A DNA stretch of 64,000 nucleotides from the human T2T-CHM13v2.0 reference genome, Homo sapiens. The notes beneath the pieces were generated by a model. That model ran no database searches, had not been told where the DNA came from, and saw only the letters and a list, made by a program, of their open reading frames with translations. A program made the translations under genes and the position numbers. How positions within the stretch are numbered: position 1 is the stretch's first letter; each line of letters begins with the position of its first letter. Location of the stretch: NCBI RefSeq assembly GCF_009914755.1, contig NC_060944.1; one strand, 5' to 3'. Positions 12,817-27,384 of the stretch are shown here, piece by piece.

Positions 12817-13160
12817 TCATTCTTTTTAAGCCATCAGTGGGGACATATCATAAAAAGCATGACATACTGCCTCCAATTAGCTGATGAAAGATGACATCTG
12901 TGCCAATGGGCCTGGACTGCAGATGACAGCTGTGCACTCTGGCCTTATTCCTTCATTTTCCTACATGAGCAGAGCACAATCTTGTAAACTCAGAGTGTGG
13001 ACATGCTTCTAACTAGTAATATTTCCCTATCTACCTACCATCATTAGTTACCATTTTTTTCTGAGTATAAACTGCTTAATTTCAATGCTTTCAATTTCTG
13101 AAAATCAGGCAAAAAAGTAAAATCTGAAAAATATGCATGTCTCCAAACCAAAGTGGTTTT

Positions 13161-13194
13161 TGTTGTTGTTGGTGGTGGTGGTGGTGGTGGTGGT
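13161..13194. repeat. (GTT)3(GGT)8 microsatellite
   Basis: Directly visible. Confidence 0.95.
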
Positions 13195-13559
13195 TCGTTG
13201 GTCCGTTGGTTGGTTTTTTTGTGCGTGTTCAATTTTAACCAAGTCAGCATGCTTGATTATGGTCTTTCAAGGTATGCCTCTCAAAGAACAATAAAAGCTG
13301 CATCACTCTAAAAATGGAAAACAGTTTGTAACTCTGAGGTGCCATAAATTCCCCAAAAATAGGTTACCATTTAAGTTGGCATCAAATTTACCTGAGGCAA
13401 CAGCATTTTCATTAAATAGCTATGAAGAGATTTAAAAAAAGAACAAAACTAGCACTACCACCAAAAAATGGTAATTATCAAACAGGAATCCGTTGCCAAA
13501 CTCTGAGAGAAAGCTAACCACAGTGACATTTATGTACGTGTAACAGGACTGGTAGGTGG

Positions 13560-13956
13560 TGATATGATTTGGCTGTGTCCACACCCAAATCCCATCTTGA
13601 ATTGTAGTTCCCATAATCCCAATGTGCTGTGGAGGGGACCCAGTGGGAGATAATTGAATCATGGGAGTAGTTACCCCCATGCTGCTGTTCTCGTGATAAT
13701 GAATGAGTTCTCATGATAATGAATGAGTTCTCATGAGATCTGATGGTTTTATAAGGGGCTTCCTCCTTTGCTCAGCTCTTATTCTCTCTCTTGCTGCCAT
13801 GTGAAGAAAAATATGTTTGCTCCCCCTTCTGCCATGATTTTAAGTTTTCTAAGGCCTCTCCAGCCATGCGGAACTGAGAGTCAATTAAACCTCTTTCCTT
13901 TATAAATTATCCAGTGGTGGGCATGTCTATTAGCAGTGTGAGAAGGGAGTAATACA
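13560..13956 (+). mobile_element. THE1C-like solo LTR (ERVL-MaLR)
   Basis: TG...CA ends. Sequence tgatatgatttggctgtgtcc...caattaaacctctttcctttataaatta...taataca. The segment gttacccccatgctgctgttctc favours THE1C. Confidence 0.88.
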
Positions 13957-15599
13957 CCTGGGTACTAGACCGTCTTTTCCTTGCATTTAAGTTCTGGGAC
14001 CTGGGTTCAGTTGCAGAAAAGCAGAATTTGAGGCAATTGTATAGCCCTCTCCCTTTCTATGTGTGTTTAGAGATGGTGGCTCACAAGAGACAACAGAGCA
14101 GAGAATGCCAGCATATTGTCTGTGTGCTGGGGTGGAGTCTGTCAGAAGTGCTGGTGCCCTGTATTAATAACAGGAAGCTTTTTAGACACAGTGTGCTGGA
14201 TATAATAGCTTTTTTTTCTTTAAGAAATTTTTTCATTCTGATAATCAGATTTAAGCACTGTGAGGAGAGGAAGATTTCATATTTAAGGATAATCATGTTT
14301 TTCCATTCCCCTATTTGTAAGGGATTCCTGATCTCTTACTTGTCCCTTTCCTCTTCCTCATGGAAGAAAGGTCGATAATATAGTTGATGTGTGGAAATCA
14401 GGAGCCTCTGGTTCTTTCGGTTGGAGCTCATCTAACAAGACCTTGAGTGTAGGGATGCAATCTTATCCTCCTTCCTCTTCACTCAGAAAGCTAGAAGCTG
14501 AAAGAAGACAAGCTGGCGTGCTCTATCGATTCAAGTTTCAACTTGAGAATGGAGCATAACAAACTCATTTTAGATTTCACGAAAAGCTACATCATCCAGC
14601 CAGGATGTTTTCAATAAAAAAAAAGTTGGGTTTGGTTCTCCACCTGCTGACTCTTGTCTGATTTATCAGTTGGTTCAGAACTTGAACAGGAAGGAGAGGT
14701 GGTATTCTTTGTGTTTCAGAGTACAAGACACAGTAAAAGAATGAACGCTAAAAATGCATGCAGTGGGTTAAAGGGTATGTACGTTAATGAATCTCAAACT
14801 GTATATTTGAAAAAGAACCCTCACCAAAGATCTATCACTGAGAGAAAGAATATTTCTCTAAACTTCAGAGAGAATATCTTATTTATATATTTTTTAAATG
14901 AGGTTATACAGTTACCTTTATGCATATGCATATTAAAGAATAGTAATTTGTTAGATCCAAACATTTTAAATATACCACAACATTTATAATACTGTATAGT
15001 GATATTTTTTGTTATTTTAAAATATACAAGATGCCTGAAAAATGGAAATGGTCTGGGTCTCTCCTGACCTCTAAAAGCTCTTAATGGGGCTATTCTGAAG
15101 TGGCTGAAGAGCTAGGTCAAAGACCAGCCCAGGCTCACTTCTGAGAGGTCTCTGTTCATTCAAATGTAAATAGAGAGGAAAACTGAGTGTTGCTAGGAAA
15201 AGGAATCTGCATGAACTCTAAAAAGGGAAAATGACCTGGAGATATATAAACCCTAGGTTTCCAGAAATTATTTGTGCACGAACCACCATAAATTCACATG
15301 AAAGTGTTTATTGTCCTCAATAAAATGCAAAAAGGCATTCTCTGAAACAGAAGCAGGAAGTCATAAGATCAAAGGGTTGTTGAGAAGTTCATTTATATTA
15401 GAAGGGTTGGGCAAGATTAAGAATGATTGGAGGAAATTAAAAGTGGAGAGTCATAACTGTGATACACATTGGAGACAATGAGGAACAAAATCCCTTCTAT
15501 AGGTAAAATACATCTTTGTTGCAGAGGACAGATGTAAAACGTTTTCTAAGAATTTAGACAAAGGAAAGGCTAACATGAAATAAAGACATAGCATGAAGA

Positions 15600-16760
15600 C
15601 GAAGGAGATCTGTGATCAGGGTTCCAAATGAAGGGACCAGAACAGAACTAACAAAAAGCACAGAAGACTATTTCATCTACCTATAATGACAGCAACAACC
15701 ATAACCTTCCTGAGTTTAGCAAAATATAAAAAGGAAAACTTGAGAGACTGTACTGCGTGCTCAACAAAATCAGAAAAGAGAGCTACAAGAATGTACACGT
15801 GGTGATAATTTTTAAATTCTATGAGAGAGGTAAAAATATCCTTCAAGAATATTTGAAGGAAATGAGGAAAAGAAAAGGTTACTTAATAAAGCAAAACAGA
15901 CTGGCTTCAGAATTATTACTACAACACTTAAAGTCACACAAGAAGAAGCCAGTAAGGACTCAGGTAATACAGTGTTTTAGTAAAAAGAAAAATGATAGGT
16001 GAATATACAACTCACTTAATGAATAAGAAAGCAAAATTAAGAACTTGAGATCAGAAGGATTATGGCATAAAAATATGATAGGCAAAGACTGAAATCAGTC
16101 AAGCATAGCATTGAGGCCACATAATTTTATAAACCTAGACACAAGAGTGGAGGCATGTATTAAAAATCACTTTTGAATGAGAAAGTTTAGGATGGCGAAA
16201 ACTAAATGATAACCTATGCTAAAGAAGGTATGCAACAGAAGAAAATAAACTCCCTGAATAAAAGAGTTAGTCTAAATGTAGGATATCACAGTATTATTAC
16301 TAATGATGAAATAAAGGTGGAAATGCAGTTGTGAGTACTTATAAGTGTAAGTAAATGTTTATGATGCTATTAATAGAATTTAATAAGTCTTGTAAATAAC
16401 ATAAAAACCTCAGACATGAAATTGAAGGAATGGCAATAGTAAGAAAATGTAAAACGAGATGACAAAGTCAGACTAAATGTACACATTATAATAAAAGTAA
16501 TAAATTTATTATAAAATGTATACACTACAGGATGTTTATAAGAAACACAAAATGATTCCAAAAGGTTCTAGGTAAAATGATAGGCAAAGAATTGCCAGTT
16601 TATTGTACAAGTAAAGAAAGCAGAAGTTTCAGTATTATTGTGGATGAAGTAGAATTCAAGCAGAAACACAATAAATGGTGAACAAAATCATGTGCTTATT
16701 GGCAATGGATAATACTCTTAATGCGAATGCGCAAATATAAAATATTAAACACAAATATTA
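15600..16760 (+). mobile_element. Ancient L1M fragments (ORF1 / ORF2 endonuclease region)
   Basis: A-rich. cagactggcttcagaattattactacaacact and aagaaagcagaagtttcagtattattgtggatgaagtagaattcaag resemble old L1 ORF1 and EN sequence. Confidence 0.5.
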
Positions 16761-18920
16761 ACTTTATTTTTGACAAAGGAGAAATTAGATATGGCTCCCA
16801 AACTCAAAAATAGCTGGGGGCAGGGAGTGGGCAAGGAACTGTTAAAACAAAAGATTGTAATGCAAAATGCCTAATGTACCTCCGCATTAATTCAACAAAA
16901 ACTTGAGATTCTTTCTCTGTGACATAACTCAAGCTTTGAGAATGCAGTGGCGAATAAGCAGATGTGCTTCCCAACTTCACCATGTTTGCAGTCTATTTTG
17001 AATAAAAGGAATAATACAAAGAAGAGAACAATGAACAGCCATGGAAACAAAGTGAAGGAAGGTTTTGGTGATGAAAATCTGCAGATGTTTCACTCATTTC
17101 ACATCAGGTTGGTAGAAGCTGCTTTGTCAAGTGTATCCTGCTATGTTAGGTACATGAAGAAAATATACAAAAAGGCACACCAAATTAGCATCAACTACTG
17201 CAAAAATAAATAAATAAAAATTCTCACAAGAAAATTAACTTTTTCTTTTTTTAAAGAACATGGTCCAAGAATTGCTTCTTTCCAGACCATGGGCCCACAC
17301 ATTTTTACAAGCTTTGCTGATACATCTCCCCCAGCCAGGTTAACAGAAAGAGCAAAATTGTTCCCAGAGAAGGTATTAAAAGCATGGCCATGATCCTGTG
17401 CATCATTTGCTGCCAACAGACACAAAAGGGATGGCTTGTGTATTCTCCAGGCTCATCAACTGCAGACCTACCAGTGGCTCATTTGGTCCCTTCCTTTGTG
17501 CCTGGCACCCTATCCCCACTTATTGAAAATATTTAATAGAACAGAACCTTCTTTTCTTGCATTTAGCCGAAATAAAATTAGTTCACAGTAACAGATTGTT
17601 ACCTTGACTAACTGGACATACTAACAGACTGAGATGTGTGGCAATACATTTCCTCTTATGACATTTTTGTCTGGCAGCATAAGATGACTACAAATGGCAT
17701 CTTTACTGACACACAGACCAGTTCTATGTTTCGCAAGTGTTGATTTTACTCCTGATTTTCTCTGCAGTCTTCTAGAGGTTGAGCATGACTCTTTCGTTCA
17801 TTTCCCTTTGGATTTTCCATATTTAATCATTTTCAAGTAATAATTTAGCTTGATAACATGAACTTGGATTTAGGAGAAATCCCTTTAAGACTTCACCACC
17901 AGAAACAATATGGGGTGTGTACCTCATGCATTCAGTAGCAATGTATTGTATATCTGTTTTGTGATATCACTGATGGTCAAGAGACATTGAATTGTGTATT
18001 GCTCTCTTCTTCCCAGCTGTGAAACGTTCTAGTTTCTGAGTCTGGATTTTATTTTATTTTATTTAAAAAACGAATTTTGAAACGAGGTCTCTTTGTTCCA
18101 TTACAATAATTTTCAGTACTCTCTTCATCTCTTATTAAGTCATTCTGTGCCTTCTCTCAGAGCACATTGTGACTGAAGCATTAATTAGCCTTCAGAGATC
18201 CTCAGACATGCTTCTTTCAGCAAAGATCTGACATTTGGGGACTGTCAGTCACTTGGAGTTATACCGAATAAAAAATTCATATTAAACATTTCAACAAGGA
18301 GTTCATATACAATGGCAGAGGGAGATGGAAGATTGATAGAGTAGAAGGGAGTCTGTTTAAACTTTATATATTAGACAACATGGGGTAAATGACGTTTGGA
18401 ATTAATGAAGCATATAATCATAATTACATGGCTGGTTCATCATCCTACCTTCCAAACTGTGCCTGAAATCAGCTAATGGCGTAATACATGTACAGTTTCT
18501 TGTCCAGAGCCTATCTATCATGGCATGAGTATTCAATAGCTTAGCCAACATTGTCAATAAGAAGCTGTTTCTCTAGCACAAAAATGTATTAGGCGCTAAC
18601 CAATGAGATAGCTGCAGCAGGCTTAACAAAAAAGCTTACATTTTCTGTTCTTGCCTTTTCTCTTTGACCAGATTTCACAGATTTGAGAAGGTGGGATGAC
18701 ATGGAGGAAAGCTGATGTTATGAAAGCAAGGAGTTCTTCCACAGGCTCCCCCTTGCTCAAATTAGCGTTGAAAAAATGGAAATGAAAGATGGAAACTGAT
18801 GTTTATTAAATGGCTACTATATACCACGGGTGTCGCCTATACCAATAGATGCAGTATTTCATATAGAATAGATGATCAATAAATGTTGAAATCAATAAAT
18901 AGATGTATGATTTATATGTA

Positions 18921-19783
18921 TATGTATGTATATACATGTATATTATACGTCATACATCTGTATTATGTATGTATATACATGTATATTATACGTCATACAT
19001 CTGTATTATGTATGTATATACATGTATATTATACGTCATACATCTGTATTATGTATGTATATACATGTATATTATACGTCATACATCTGTATTATGTATG
19101 TATATACATGTATATTATACGTCATACATCTGTATTATGTAAGTATATACATGTATATTATACGTCATACATCTGTATTATGTATGTATATACATGTATA
19201 TTATACGTCATACATCTGTATTATGTATGTATATACATGTATATTATACGTCATACATCTGTATTATGTATGTATATACATGTATATTATACGTCATACA
19301 TCTGTATTATGTATGTATATACATGTATATTATACGTCATACATCTGTATTATGCATGTATATACATGTATATTATACGTCATACATCTGTATTCATGTA
19401 TATACATGTATATTATACGTCATACATCTGTATTATGTATGTATATACATGTATATTATACGTCATACATCTGTATGATGCATGTATATACATGTATATT
19501 ATACGTCATACATCTGTATGATGCATGTATATACATGTATATTATACGTCATACATCTGTATTATGCATGTATATACATGTATATTATACGTCATACATC
19601 TGTATTATGCATGTATATACATGTATATTATACGTCATACATCTGTATTATGCATGTATATACATGTATATTATACGTCATACATCTGTATTATGCATGT
19701 ATATACATGTATATTATACGTCATACATCTGTATTATGTATGTATATACATGTATATTATACGTCATACATCTGTATTATGTA
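18921..19783. repeat. 43-bp minisatellite/VNTR, ~20 copies
   Basis: Unit tatacatgtatattatacgtcatacatctgtattatg(t/c)atgta, starting at 18931, 18974, 19017 and so on. Confidence 0.97.
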
Positions 19784-20083
19784 TTACACATGTATATTAT
19801 ACGTTATACATGTGTATTATGTATTACACATGTATATTATACATTACACATGTGTATTACACATTATATATGCATATGTACATTATACATTATATGTACA
19901 GTGTGTTAAATATATGTGTTACATGTATAATATACATACATTATATAATACATATATGTATGTGTTACATATGCATATGTATTATACATTATATGTAACA
20001 CATACATACGTGTATTATATATCATACATGTAACACATGCATGTATTACATATACATATGTGCATATATATACATAAATACAT
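19784..20083. repeat. Degenerate TA/CA/TG-rich low-complexity tract flanking the VNTR
   Basis: Decayed units (tacacatgtatattatac...) grading into (TA/CA)n. Confidence 0.9.
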
Positions 20084-20789
20084 GTGTCTGGAAGTATAAA
20101 GTGGTGGTAAAGACCATGGAGTTTTGTTTCATGGACTTGGGCCCACGCTCAGGCAGTACATCATTAAGCAAATGGAACTATAATGACTGCTGTCACAACT
20201 TTTCTTTTCCAGGTTATTACTGTTAATATATCCCTCACCATCCCATAACTTTTACTTTAATAATTCTCAGGGAAGATCTTGTCATCTCCCTGAAAAAGTC
20301 ATGTCTGAGCATGAGCCCCCAGATTCAGATTGAGATCCTTATGGAATCTCTGTACATTTCAATATTTTTCCTAAATCCCTTATGAGGTTAGTGGTTTATT
20401 TTCCCAGCCTATGGAGGGAAGCTCTGGCAAGAATACTGCATAGGAACAGCCAGGATGACCTATGGGATGCCATCCAGGGCCCTCCTTCCATGATGGGAAG
20501 TCCAGCCACGCGCTGCTAACAGTGAAATGCAATGTGGCCCATTCTCTTTCACTATAAGGATAGACAGCTGTTCACTGACCATATCCATTTACACCACTCA
20601 TTTACTGTGACATTTGCGGTTTGAATATCTGTTTGCCACATCCTAGCTCTGTTAACACTTTGTATATGATCTGACATAACAGAGAGCATAAACTAACCTT
20701 CCTCCCAGCTCTGTATTTGATCCAAAAAGCAAGTCCTGGTATTTCCTTTTTCCCATGATTAAAACAACAACAAAAAAAGAATATCGTGT

Positions 20790-21537
<748 letters not shown>

Positions 21538-21699
21538 TTTTGTCTTTTCCAGCCCTGGGTCTCCCTCCAGCTGCCGCCCTCTCTCCCTTCAGCTTTACAA
21601 GCTTCAGAAAAGCTTGCTGCTATAGGGCTCGCCTCCTGTTGAACATTGACACTGGGAAATCCAGCATTTATTTCCGCCTCTGCTCTGAACCTTCTTTGA

Positions 21700-22230
<531 letters not shown>

Positions 22231-22729
22231 TAATTTCAGATTTGTATTTGTTCATTATTTCTAGTCTGTATGGCATTTCACTTAGCACACAGAGCATATT
22301 GCATCATTTTGCCAGTTTCTTTCTTGTATTCCCCTCCTTCCCTTTCCTACCTCATCCGACTTAAACCATGTGAAGAACCTCACACGTGTGTTCTTCATAT
22401 CTTTCTCCATGACCCATACAAGCATATGCAAAACTATGTATACACATGTAAGGTGACTTTAATGTGCTGGTTTTTTGTTTTAATGGCGCACACACACATA
22501 AAATAACACCATATATGTTTCTCTACAACTCCACTCTCAATATAATGTAAATTATCCTAGGATGATTTGCCTGGAATTTATTTTGTTTTATAATACTTTA
22601 CCTCGTGGCTTTCCAGACGAGCATCAGGCTTGGCACAGCTTATCCATCTGGCTAGGTAGGTGTCTGTTCTTTATTCAATTCAAGATGAACTCTCCTTTAG
22701 TCAAAAACAAGAAATCTCTAAAGGAGCCA

Positions 22730-22870
22730 CCAAGCTCCTTCTTGAAATATTCTGTGCCCATAGTTTCTGATATCCCTCTGTCCTGGTTTTCTTCCTCAAA
22801 TTCTCTCCCCACCTGTGTGTGTGAAATCCTCCTTCTCTGTTTCCTTTCTTCATGCTTACCTTTGACTCAA
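22730..22870 (+). mobile_element. L2 fragment
   Basis: ctccttcttgaaatattc...tcctggttttcttcctc resembles L2 ORF2-region sequence. Confidence 0.55.
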
Positions 22871-25064
22871 CTTTTTCTGTGATAACAATGCTTAATAAAC
22901 AACCCTATAATTTTATTGGCTTAAAATCACAAACATTAATCTGAAAAGGCTGATTTTACATTTCTAGTGAATTTCTGATAAGTAATTTCCCCTGGAGTAA
23001 TGTCTTACGTACGTTTTTGTGTGCCAGCTTATTTCCTACAAATCCTTTTTTCATATTTTAATTTTCCTGAAGCCTTTCTCCAAGCCTCTCTATGCCAAAA
23101 AATAAATAATAAAGTAAATCATAAAGTTTTTCTTGGAAATCAGTACAAGGTGCTGTGATGAATAACAAACTGGAATTAACTCTGTCTTTCTTAGGCCATC
23201 ATACGGGACTCAGGTCTGGGTAAGCCTCCTCTCGGTCTTGTTAATACAAGGCCAAATAGTTGGTTGTATCTTCATTATTTATTTCAAGTCTTCAAGGAAT
23301 AAAAACACTGGTTTTTCTAACCTTGACTGTTATTATATGAAAATCGATCTATATCATTATATCTTAGTAGTGTCTACAAAAGGGACCAAATATATTAGTG
23401 TCTAAAAACAATACATAGAATACGGAAGTCAATATATATCCTCCCAGTCAGAGATTTAAATTTAGAAATTTCTAATTATTGTCCTCACCACAGAAATTCA
23501 AGAAGTGAGTGTGCCACTCTCCTTCATGGAAAATTAGGGTTGGCCAAGTTCCAGGGGGTAGAAATAGGGTTTTGTAGGGCTTTAGCTATACGGTGGAAAA
23601 TACGTAACTTAGAAAATATGAAGAGATAAGGTGGTGAAAAAATGCAAGAAAACATAAAGGAGAACCAAGATCCTGAGTCCAAGGAAAGCACATAAAATCC
23701 CACAGCTGGGAGCCAGAATAGGGGATTCAGACATAAGTTACAAAGCTGAGAATTGCGCACTCTGGACAAGTGAAAATCGGGGAGGTGAATGAAGGTCCTA
23801 TTTTCTAGAAATGTTTTCAAATATCAGGGCAGCTCAGAGTGATAAAAGCCCAAGTCATTTCCATCTTTTGACTAGTTCAGCTTTTTAAACATCATAATAA
23901 ATGCTCAATCAGAAGTATAAAAATTGTGATATAGTTTAATGCTCACTTTTAACAAATTAATCCTTTTAACAAAAGCTTTGTAATGCAATGCAACTGTGCC
24001 ATCCACAAAGCAATGATCAAACTTTGAATTAAAAAAACACACATTTGTAGTACCTGTTTTGGTTAAGTTTGGGAAACCAAGTAAGTTGAATGCTGTGTTC
24101 TTTCAATTTTGTCAATATTTATCTGTAATTGAGTATATAATCTAACATTTACATTAGCAATGTAAACTTTACATTAACAATATAAGGTCTTTAATGAATG
24201 TGAGGCTTGGCTCAAGTCTCTTGGCCTCGTCATATCTGTCCCTCCCAGGATAAATCTTTTAAATCTCAGCTGGCCACTCATCTTTATTATTGTGATGAGT
24301 TTGGCTGACCTCAGGGTTAGCATCAACACTATATGAATTTATATAGCCATGAAAAAACTGATTTAACGTTTCTGGGGCATCTCTGATGGGTAAATTACCT
24401 TAGAGACATGTTTTATTTACGTTTTTGTTTGTTGACTTCTTTCACTCTCTTGCATGCAAATCTTTGTGTCTTAATTTGCCTGGACTTGTAATTCTCATGA
24501 CCACAGCAAGACTAAAAGGGAATCTTTGGAAAGTGCTTCTTTAATTTGATGAATACAGACGGGTAATCTGAATAAATTCTGTTAAAGTATATTAATTATC
24601 CATTGTGGCAGTCCACACTAATCAATTTCACCAGAGGTTGCTTGTGTTCTAGATCGTTTTCTGCATGGAAGTCATAGTCGAAATCATTATTAGGACCCAT
24701 GTAACAGAGAACATTAGGGACATATCAAAGTTAGCAAAATAAATAATGTAATATTTATAGAACCTCTTCACTTACAGTTGTCTTTATATTAATAGCCTAC
24801 TTTTTTTAAAGAATAACATAAGTAACTGCACATAGGAAAAAGCTCGATTATAGTAAACTAAAGGAAAAAAAAAGATCCTCCATTACAGAATCTAGCACTT
24901 GGAAACTCCATAATATATAGCCTAGCTCTTTACATTTTTTTTTTGAAAAGTGTATGTATTTAAAGTGTTCCCTTAATATCTTTGAAGATAGATTTTTGAA
25001 GTCAACTTTTTAATTTTAAAATAGCTACATGTGCTTCAAATCTGGTGGTTCAAGATAATTTAAT

Positions 25065-25590
25065 CTCCCTAAGGATATAACTCTTACAGCTGTAAATGAC
25101 AAAAAAAAAAAAAAAATCCATTGATTTAATCAAATAAGGAATGTACTGAATCATACAACTGGAATGCCTGGGGTGTGGACTGCCACAAGTCTTGCTTCAG
25201 CTAGGGTTAGATTCAAGGGCTTAAATCAGAAAAATATTAATTTTTTCTATCTCAGATCTATTTTCATCAAGGTTAACCTCTTCTCCAGGTAGCATTCTCT
25301 TTCTCTATATGTAACATAAAGGTCATTTATTACTCTAAAATTACATTCTACCAGTTTATCAACCAAGGAAATAGTGCCTCTTTCCTAATCTTTCCAGCAA
25401 ACCTCTCAGGTAGGATGCCCATTATCTCAGCTCTAGTCACAGGCTCATCCAGGAACTGATCCTGTGGCTGAGAAATGAGGTGGCCTTAATGCCTCTACTG
25501 GAAACATGTAGAAGGAGAATGGAACAAAGGTGTCTTCCAAGGAGAACACCTAGAAGCAAGAGAGATGAATTTTGGGTGGGTAACGACAAC
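25065..25590 (-). mobile_element. MLT1 (J/K/L-like) MaLR LTR
   Basis: cagctgtaaatgac...aataaggaatgtactgaatcatacaactgga...cttcagctagggttagattcaagggcttaaa resembles an old MLT1. Confidence 0.55.
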
Positions 25591-26525
25591 TTGTTCATTA
25601 GAGAGCAGGATTATGCCTGCTTTTCCTCTGGCCCATACTGCATGCCTCACTCCTTCCCTGCAGCATCTACCTGTTAAAACGCACATGGTAAAAAGGAGTA
25701 CATGTTGAATAAATCAAGGCATGAGTTTCGTTTCAGAGTAGAATGGGAAATTGATTGGCTCTGAAATCAGAGAAAACTGTTTTCTAATTGTGGGTCTACA
25801 ACATACTGAGAGATCTTGGGGAAAATTAATGTGTGTGCTTTCATCTTCTCTTATGTAAGTCAGGGATAATACAGGGATTTTTAAGAGAAAAAGATGTGAA
25901 TATATGTAAATTACATAGTCGAGGCCTTTTTGTTTGAAAAAATTAAGTCTAGTCTCCATTAAAATACAATTCCATTCTACTAGAATTATCATTTAAATTT
26001 AACTTATTTGAAATTTAATATTTTATTAAAACCTAATTGATTTTTTCATAGGATTAAATAATGTAATTTAGTATCTATTGATTTGGGTTCAGACATATTA
26101 AATAAATTTTAATGCAATGTCTTTGTGTTTTTCATAAAACAAAATTGAAACACATTATTTAAGGACATTCTACACTTGACCTATTTTCTTATAAAAATAT
26201 GTGCCTGCCCCTTTAATGTTTGGAACGGGTAGATAATTCTGTCACTTTGTGTAAGTGTATAAAAGAGGGAGAAAAATAATGATGTTTTATGTCCTGAAAC
26301 AAATAATATTTTACTCTTTCCATTTCTGTTTACCCCAGCCTCCGGAGGACTTAGAGGCAATATTGTGGAAGAGTTATCTTTTGTATATGTAATAGACCAA
26401 AGAATAAATATTAAATCCGCTGCTTCACTTCTCCTATCTGTTTCCCCAATGTCCCAAGTGGGGTCAACTCTGATATCTTTTGCTATTACAACAATCCCAG
26501 AAAGATAAAAGGGACTGGCATGCTA

Positions 26526-26819
26526 ACCTAAGGAAACTACCTATTGACAATATTTTTGTTGTGATTTAAGAAAGAATAAGCCTATCAACAAATACACTTC
26601 TTCAGTGGTGGATGACATAAAATTTAATCATGCATAGTCCTTCTTTTGGATACACTGGCAAAAAATAAGATGCCAAAGTGGCATTCAGCATATGGAACAC
26701 TGAAAAAAACATTCTACAACAGACTTTTCTACGTTGTCCCATCAAAAATAGTTCAGGTAGGTGTTAAAGAAAAACTATTGTAGACATGTCTAGACAACAC
26801 CAAATCCTGTCCCTGTGCA
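26526..26819 (+). repeat. Local duplication, copy A
   Basis: Collinear with 28455-28753. Shared blocks include acctaaggaaactacc, atacactggcaaaa, aaaatagttcaggtaggtgttaa and gacaacaccaaatcct. Confidence 0.93.
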
Positions 26820-27384
26820 CATTTTGGAAGAACTAGGGCCTGAGTGGGGAAAAAAGCCCCAAGGTATTTTGGAAAAGGCTAATGTGTTTGCTTCCTGGAA
26901 GAAGCAACACCTGATAAGTAAAATATTTAAATAGGAAGTGATTCACCCTATTGCTGTTAGTCCATTGGGCTGTCATCATACATTATAGACATGACTCTAG
27001 ACAGTGTCATTAGAGAAAGTTCACTGACAGTGTAATCAGTTCAATCCCTGGTGATCTTCTTCCTAAACATTGTCTAGATTCATCTATCCCCATACTTGGT
27101 AAACATTTTCGCTAACAAGCCTCTTAATAAAAAAGAACAAACTCCCATTCCCCAAGTATGTGGAGATTCGCCCAAAGTAATGACACATTCTTCAAGGTTT
27201 TTTATTTTAAAAAGCAATTTGCATCTCAGCTTCTATATAATTGAACAAGTGTGCTTGCTTCGGTGAACTGTATAGTGTAAAAATACTCATTTGAGTTTAT
27301 TCCCATTGAACTGACCAGATCTTTAAGTACAAATGTGTGCAGCAGCTAGATTTGTGTGACTCCAGCTTTAATATTTATTTCACA

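Noticed and set aside
18921-19783. CRISPR-like array
   Set aside because: The units are head-to-tail with no unique spacers, there are no cas genes, and the context is primate DNA.
18883-20033. Long ORFs (up to 327 aa) as a protein-coding gene
   Set aside because: They are produced entirely by the stop-free 43-bp repeat, with overlapping ORFs in all three frames and no gene context.
26601-26704. Box C/D snoRNA in duplicates A and A' (ggatga/tgatga ... ctga, ~90 nt apart; ttcagtg/cactgaa stem)
   Set aside because: Box C is non-canonical, the stem overlaps box D and is not preserved in A', and I recognise no guide sequence. snoscan or Infernal would settle it.
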